A DNA stretch of 64,000 nt, from positions 7,878 to 71,877 of the forward strand of contig CAZOSA010000001.1 of NCBI GenBank assembly GCA_964582155.1, written 5' to 3'. Source of the stretch: an uncultured Enterobacteriaceae bacterium. GTDB taxonomy: Bacteria; Pseudomonadota; Gammaproteobacteria; Burkholderiales; SG8-39. Each line of letters opens with the position of its first letter. The first letter of the stretch is position 1. A model generated the notes under the pieces. That model made no database searches. It saw only the letters and a program-made list of their open reading frames with translations, and was not told the DNA's origin. The position numbers and the translations under genes were made by a program. Positions 58,461 to 64,000 of the stretch are shown here, one piece after another.

Positions 58461-60427
58461 ACCAGCTTTTCCGTGCCGCCGTCCACCGGCACCTGCGCCG
58501 CCGTGGTCTTGGAAAAGAGCGGACCGCACATCTCGGCGGTGAGCTCGGCCACGTCCTTCGACGACACTTCGGTCCTCAGCAGGTTGTTCCTCTTGTACTG
58601 CTCCACGCTCAGGTTGTAGGCCCTGGCGCGCGAGGCGAGTACCTCGTCGGTCCAGAGCGCCGTGTCGTAGACGGCATTCGGGTGGATGGTGTTGATGCGG
58701 ATGCCGTCCCTGGCCCACTCCAGCGCGGCCACGCGCGCCAGCTGGTTGAGCGCCGCCTTTGACACCGAGTAGGCAGCCGCGCCCATGCCCGGCGCCGGCA
58801 CGTTCTTGGAGCCGATCACCACCACCCGACCGCCGCGTGGCGCGAGCTTGAGCAACCCGTGGCAAGCTTGCATGAGCAGAAGATTCGCATCGACGTTCAC
58901 TGCCATCGCGCTTTTCCACATCTCGGGGGCGATGTCCGTGATCGCCTGCGAGGCGGGAAAGATGCCGGCATTGAGGACCAGCATGTCCACGCCGCCGAAT
59001 CGCTTGACTGCGGCATCCATTGCGGCCTGAATGGCTTTCGCGTCCGTAAGATCGCAAGCGAGGCCCAGGTAATCCTGGCGCTTGAAGAGGTTCACGATTG
59101 CGGGATTGCGGTCCAGGCCAGCCACCGCGGCGCCGCGTTTGAGGAACGCTTCGACGCAGGCTTTGCCGATGCCGGAGGCGGCGCCGGTCACGAGCGCTAC
59201 TTCTCCGGCGAATATCGGCGGGTTGCCGCCTTTGTTCAGCTTGGCCTGCTCGAGGTCCCAGTATTCGATGTCGAACGTGTGCTTGTCCTGCAGCGCGTGC
59301 CATCCGCCGAGTGCTTCGGCGCGCAGGATGACGTCGATGGTGTGCTCGTAGAGGTCTTCGACGATGCCGGTGTCTTTCGCGGTGCGGCCGAACGCGGCAA
59401 AGCCCAGTTCCCGATCGAGCGCCATGCGGGGCGCGCTATCCAGGATGGTCTTGGGTTCCCTGGCCGCCTTCGCATTGCGCTCGAAGTATTCGCGGTATGC
59501 GACGCCGAATCCGGCGACGTCTTTCCCCAGCATGGGCAGCGGCTTGGTGCGGATCACATGGTCCGGCGTGGCCGGCCCGCCCTGCGAGATGCGCGCTACA
59601 TCGGGATGGCGCGCAAAACCGAGGAAGCGCGGCGTGTCGTTGCAGCGGCACAGCAGAGGGAAGCCCGCCAGCGCGGAAACGTCATGGCGCAGACTTGCCG
59701 CTGCCTCGCGCTTGAACGCGGGGGCGGATACGGGCGGCAGGCCGATGCTCCATGCCTTGTGCGCCTGCAGGTATTTCTCGGCCAGCGACACCAGGTCGAT
59801 CATCAGCTCGTAGGACTCGCGCGCATCCGCGCTGAACGAGAACACCCCGTGCGACAGGAGCACCATGCCGACAGTGTTTTTCGTCGCCTGCCGCGGAAAC
59901 TCGCGCGCGCAGTAAGCGGCGAGGTCGAAGCCGGCCATGATGTACGGGATGACCACCACCTTGCTGGCGTAGATGTCGCGGATGCGCTTCTCGCCGTCCG
60001 GCGAGTTTGACACCGAAAGCACCGCATCGGCGTGGGTGTGGTCCACGTACTTGTGCGGCAGGATGGCGTGCAGGATGGTTTCCACCGACGGCGCCGGTGC
60101 GCCTGCGCGCAGCGTATGGGTGGCGAGCTCGTTGACCATCTGCGGATCCGACAGACTGGGCAGCGACGCGAGCCGTCGCACGTAGTCCAGCTTCACCGGA
60201 GAGAATCCGGCCGCTTCGATGGTCTCCATGTCCCAGCCGCTCCCCTTCACGTAGAGGATCTCTTCCTCCTCGGCGAACAGGTTCTTCTCTCGCAGCTTGA
60301 CCGAGGTATTGCCGCCGCCATGCAGCACCAGGGACTTGTCCCGCCCAAGCAGGCGGGAAGTGTAGACGCGCAGCCCGAGCGCGCCGGGGAACTGCGCGGC
60401 TTCGGCTTCATTCCACAGGCTCTTCAT
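58457..60427 (-). CDS. bifunctional class II aldolase/adducin-domain + short-chain dehydrogenase fusion protein
   Basis: ATG 60427 inside ORF 58457..60577. The N-terminal half carries LVLHGGGNTSVKL and DHTHADAVL (class II aldolase-type His ligands). The C-terminal half is an SDR with VALVTGAASGIGKA (TGxxxGxG), NAG, and catalytic YSVSKAALN. Confidence 0.85.
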   Translation of the reverse strand: MKSLWNEAEAAQFPGALGLRVYTSRLLGRDKSLVLHGGGNTSVKLREKNLFAEEEEILYVKGSGWDMETIEAAGFSPVKLDYVRRLASLPSLSDPQMVNELATHTLRAGAPAPSVETILHAILPHKYVDHTHADAVLSVSNSPDGEKRIRDIYASKVVVIPYIMAGFDLAAYCAREFPRQATKNTVGMVLLSHGVFSFSADARESYELMIDLVSLAEKYLQAHKAWSIGLPPVSAPAFKREAAASLRHDVSALAGFPLLCRCNDTPRFLGFARHPDVARISQGGPATPDHVIRTKPLPMLGKDVAGFGVAYREYFERNAKAAREPKTILDSAPRMALDRELGFAAFGRTAKDTGIVEDLYEHTIDVILRAEALGGWHALQDKHTFDIEYWDLEQAKLNKGGNPPIFAGEVALVTGAASGIGKACVEAFLKRGAAVAGLDRNPAIVNLFKRQDYLGLACDLTDAKAIQAAMDAAVKRFGGVDMLVLNAGIFPASQAITDIAPEMWKSAMAVNVDANLLLMQACHGLLKLAPRGGRVVVIGSKNVPAPGMGAAAYSVSKAALNQLARVAALEWARDGIRINTIHPNAVYDTALWTDEVLASRARAYNLSVEQYKRNNLLRTEVSSKDVAELTAEMCGPLFSKTTAAQVPVDGGTEKLV

Positions 60428-60450
60428 GGAGCGAATTATACTTTTGCGCG

Positions 60451-60873
60451 ATGCTCCGAATTGAACTGATGGACTGGCTCGCGGCGCGCGCCGACGCGAG
60501 CCGTATCCGCTTGACGGTGTTCGTCGAAGAACAGCGCGTGCCGCCAGAGATCGAGATGGACGCCCAGGACGCCGCATGCGTGCACGCGCTCGCCTACGCG
60601 CAGGGCAGGGCGGTGGGCACCGGCAGGCTGCTGCCCGACGGTCACATCGGCCGCATGGCGGTACTCAAGGAGTGCCGCTCCCGCGGCGTGGGCGGCGCCA
60701 TCCTCGAACGCCTGATGCAGGAAGCCCGCAACAGGGGCATGAGGCAAGTCGTCCTGTCAGCGCAGACGCACGCCCTCGGGTTCTACCGCAGGCACGGATT
60801 CACGGAGGAGGGCGAAGCCTACGAAGAAGCAGGCCTGCCGCATCAGAAGATGCGGCGCACGCTGAATTCATAG
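60451..60873 (+). CDS. GNAT-family N-acetyltransferase
   Basis: 140 aa with the acetyl-CoA motif RMAVLKECRSRGVGGAILERL and FYRRHGF. Confidence 0.82.
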   Translation: MLRIELMDWLAARADASRIRLTVFVEEQRVPPEIEMDAQDAACVHALAYAQGRAVGTGRLLPDGHIGRMAVLKECRSRGVGGAILERLMQEARNRGMRQVVLSAQTHALGFYRRHGFTEEGEAYEEAGLPHQKMRRTLNS

Positions 60874-61502
60874 CGCAGCGTAGCTTCATCGCCGCCGTCG
60901 CTATCAAAGCTGCGCTCGGCGAAACGCATCCCGTCGCCGTACATCAGCACGCTCGAGCAACGGGTGCCGTAACGCCCGTCGACGATCTTTGCCTTCGCGA
61001 GAACGCCGAACAAGGGTTCCACGGACACCGGACAATCCCGGAATCGCTCCTTGTGTTCCTCGACCTCCGGTGTGTCCAGCAGCAGATTGCCCAGTCCATA
61101 CCATCCAGGCTCGAGCCGCCGGGGCTCGCCGTCGCGATTGGATAGCCACCACAGTTCCGCGCCGTCCGAGGCGAGCAGGTTGAAGCCGCTGAAGGTCGAT
61201 TTTCGTTCCGCCAGCTCCTTTATGGCGACGCCCTCCAGGTAGCGCGTGACGAGCGCGCCGCGCGACTCGGCGGCGCCGGGTTCCGTTGCGCCCCGGTAGT
61301 TGGTGACCGCGGCGAAGCGCCCGCCGCGCGACACCGCCATCCACGTGCCCTGGGCCTGAAGGTCGCGGCCCGCAAGCACCTCGGGATGATCGTCCCAGAA
61401 CGTCGCGCGCGCTGCGGGACGGCCGTGGAACTCGTCGCGGTTGGCGGCAACGACGAGCGGGAAGCGCGCATGCACCTTCCACGCAACGAGGACTAAGCAC
61501 AT
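60843..61502 (-). CDS. NRDE-family protein (DUF833/TANGO2-like)
   Basis: MCLVLVAWKVHARFPLVVAANRDEF has the N-terminal Cys and the NRDE motif. The 3' end overlaps the GNAT gene by 31 nt (convergent). Confidence 0.8.
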   Translation of the reverse strand: MCLVLVAWKVHARFPLVVAANRDEFHGRPAARATFWDDHPEVLAGRDLQAQGTWMAVSRGGRFAAVTNYRGATEPGAAESRGALVTRYLEGVAIKELAERKSTFSGFNLLASDGAELWWLSNRDGEPRRLEPGWYGLGNLLLDTPEVEEHKERFRDCPVSVEPLFGVLAKAKIVDGRYGTRCSSVLMYGDGMRFAERSFDSDGGDEATLRYEFSVRRIF

Positions 61503-61750
61503 ACGAAGCGCTCGACGTGTCGTTCCACGCCGAGTCTTGCGCCCTCACGCTCGAGGAGCGCCTCGAAAGGCCGTTCCTCGCGCACGTCCTCGTACACTTC
61601 CATGTAGGTCGCAGGCTCGTCGCGCCTTCGCATCCAGCGCCCGCGCACACCGGTCGCCGTTTCGATCGTGCGGAAAAGTTGCCGCACCTCTTCCTGCAAC
61701 TGCGAAACGCGGCCCGCTTCGACCCGGTAATAGACGTAGTAGCTCGTCAC
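61493..61750 (-). CDS. small conserved hypothetical protein (DUF4936-like, from memory)
   Basis: This is the terminal 85 aa of artefactual ORF 61493..62521: (M)TSYYVYYRVEAGRVSQLQEEVRQLF...RHVERFVCA. The GTG start overlaps the ygfZ stop (GTGA), and the 3' end overlaps the NRDE start by 10 nt. Confidence 0.6.
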   Translation of the reverse strand: MTSYYVYYRVEAGRVSQLQEEVRQLFRTIETATGVRGRWMRRRDEPATYMEVYEDVREERPFEALLEREGARLGVERHVERFVCA

Positions 61751-62667
61751 GCCGCGTAGGGCAGGGGCAACAACTCGAGTTGCGGCCCGTCGGCGGCGCC
61801 GAGCCGGATCGGACTGGCGCTCTCCAGCGAGCTGATTTGCACAACGGCTAACACCTCGGTACCGCCTGCCGGCGCCGGCGCGGCATTGACGACCGTGCCG
61901 CTCGCCTGACCGGGCAGGGCGGCGGCATACAGTTCGCTGCCAGGCGCCGCCGCAGCGGCGACACGTGCGCGCACCATGCGGCGCTTGAGTACCCCGCGAT
62001 ACTGGGTGCGTGCCACAATTTCCTGCCCTGGGTAACAACCCTTCTTGAAATCGACTCCGCCCAGGCGCTCGAGATTCACCATCTGCGGCACGAACAGGTC
62101 CTGGGTAGCCTGCACCACCAGCGGGCGGCCGGCGCGGATCTCCTCCAGAGCCCAAACCTCGTCGCCGGCGTCGCCCAGTGCATCGAGTAGACGCCCGCGC
62201 TGCGTCACCGGCGCCACCAGCAGGAAGCGCTGCTCGGAAACCCGCACCACCGTCACATCGGCCGCACGCCCGACCGCGAGATCCGCTTCGGGCACCGCGA
62301 ATCCCAGCGCCGCCAGGCGCCCAGCGGACTGCGGTCCCCAGAGTCCGACCTGCACCCACGATTCGCTGGCGTCGACGAGTTTCGCCTTGGCGCGCAGGAT
62401 GAACATGGACAGGCGCTTGGCGATGGCCGGCGCGATGTCGCGCGAAAGTTGCAGAAGAAATCCGCCCGCCTGCGGCACGACGAGAAAGTTCGCCAGCAGC
62501 CGGCCCTTCGCAGAACACCAACCAGCATTGCGCGCACGATCCTGCGCCAGCCCCGACACATCGCTGGTCAGCTGTGCATGCAGGAATTCACGCGCCTCCT
62601 CGCCCGTGCACGACAACAGGCCGAGCCGCCTCAGTTCCGCCGCGGCGTGGGAAACCTTGGTGTCCAT
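61747..62667 (-). CDS. ygfZ: folate-binding Fe/S-cluster repair/tRNA-modification protein YgfZ (CAF17 family)
   Basis: 306 aa with the family signature FKKGCYPGQEIVART. Confidence 0.88.
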   Translation of the reverse strand: MDTKVSHAAAELRRLGLLSCTGEEAREFLHAQLTSDVSGLAQDRARNAGWCSAKGRLLANFLVVPQAGGFLLQLSRDIAPAIAKRLSMFILRAKAKLVDASESWVQVGLWGPQSAGRLAALGFAVPEADLAVGRAADVTVVRVSEQRFLLVAPVTQRGRLLDALGDAGDEVWALEEIRAGRPLVVQATQDLFVPQMVNLERLGGVDFKKGCYPGQEIVARTQYRGVLKRRMVRARVAAAAAPGSELYAAALPGQASGTVVNAAPAPAGGTEVLAVVQISSLESASPIRLGAADGPQLELLPLPYAA

Positions 62668-62704
62668 CGTAGAATGCCTGCAGCGATTCTATTCCGATTC
62701 CGCG

Positions 62705-64000
<1,296 letters not shown>

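Overview
Visibly GC-rich proteobacterial core-chromosome window. Gene order and the Bug/TctC transporter suggest Betaproteobacteria, but that is an inference. The window is almost fully coding: about 68 CDS and 3 tRNAs, with intergenic gaps mostly under 100 bp. I found no rRNA, CRISPR array, transposase, integrase, phage gene or obvious genomic island. Gene content in order: trpS (3' fragment), scpA, scpB, rluB; rimP-nusA-infB-rbfA-truB-rpsO-pnp; dksA (minus strand); tRNA-Pro/Arg/His; a minus-strand block queF-dapC-dapD-pilU-like-dapE-prmB; smc-zipA-ligA-galU-hpt-MTI/MTA phosphorylase-def; glnD-map (minus strand); the conserved supercluster rpsB-tsf-pyrH-frr-uppS-cdsA-dxr-rseP-bamA-skp-lpxD-fabZ-lpxA-lpxB-rnhB plus a TrmH-family methyltransferase; ppsR and ppsA (divergent); smpB divergent from ratA-rnfH; a DUF4124 gene; guaB-guaA-tadA-YkuD; a crotonase; tctCBA; aldolase/SDR fusion-mtnA (minus strand); GNAT; NRDE; DUF4936-ygfZ; mltG and tmk (5' fragment). 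Many ORF-track entries are high-GC antisense or off-frame artefacts, or N-terminally over-extended; I re-set starts by homology-style reasoning and by stop/start overlaps. I did not find a convincing new multi-gene system, and this looks like an ordinary housekeeping region. The leads most worth a second look are: (1) an abrupt AT-rich, rare-codon patch inside ppsA; (2) mtnA translationally coupled to a class II aldolase/SDR fusion, possibly a fused DHAP-shunt-like methylthioribose module; (3) a lone PilU-like ATPase embedded in the dap operon. All functional calls come from reading the translations by eye. No database search was run.
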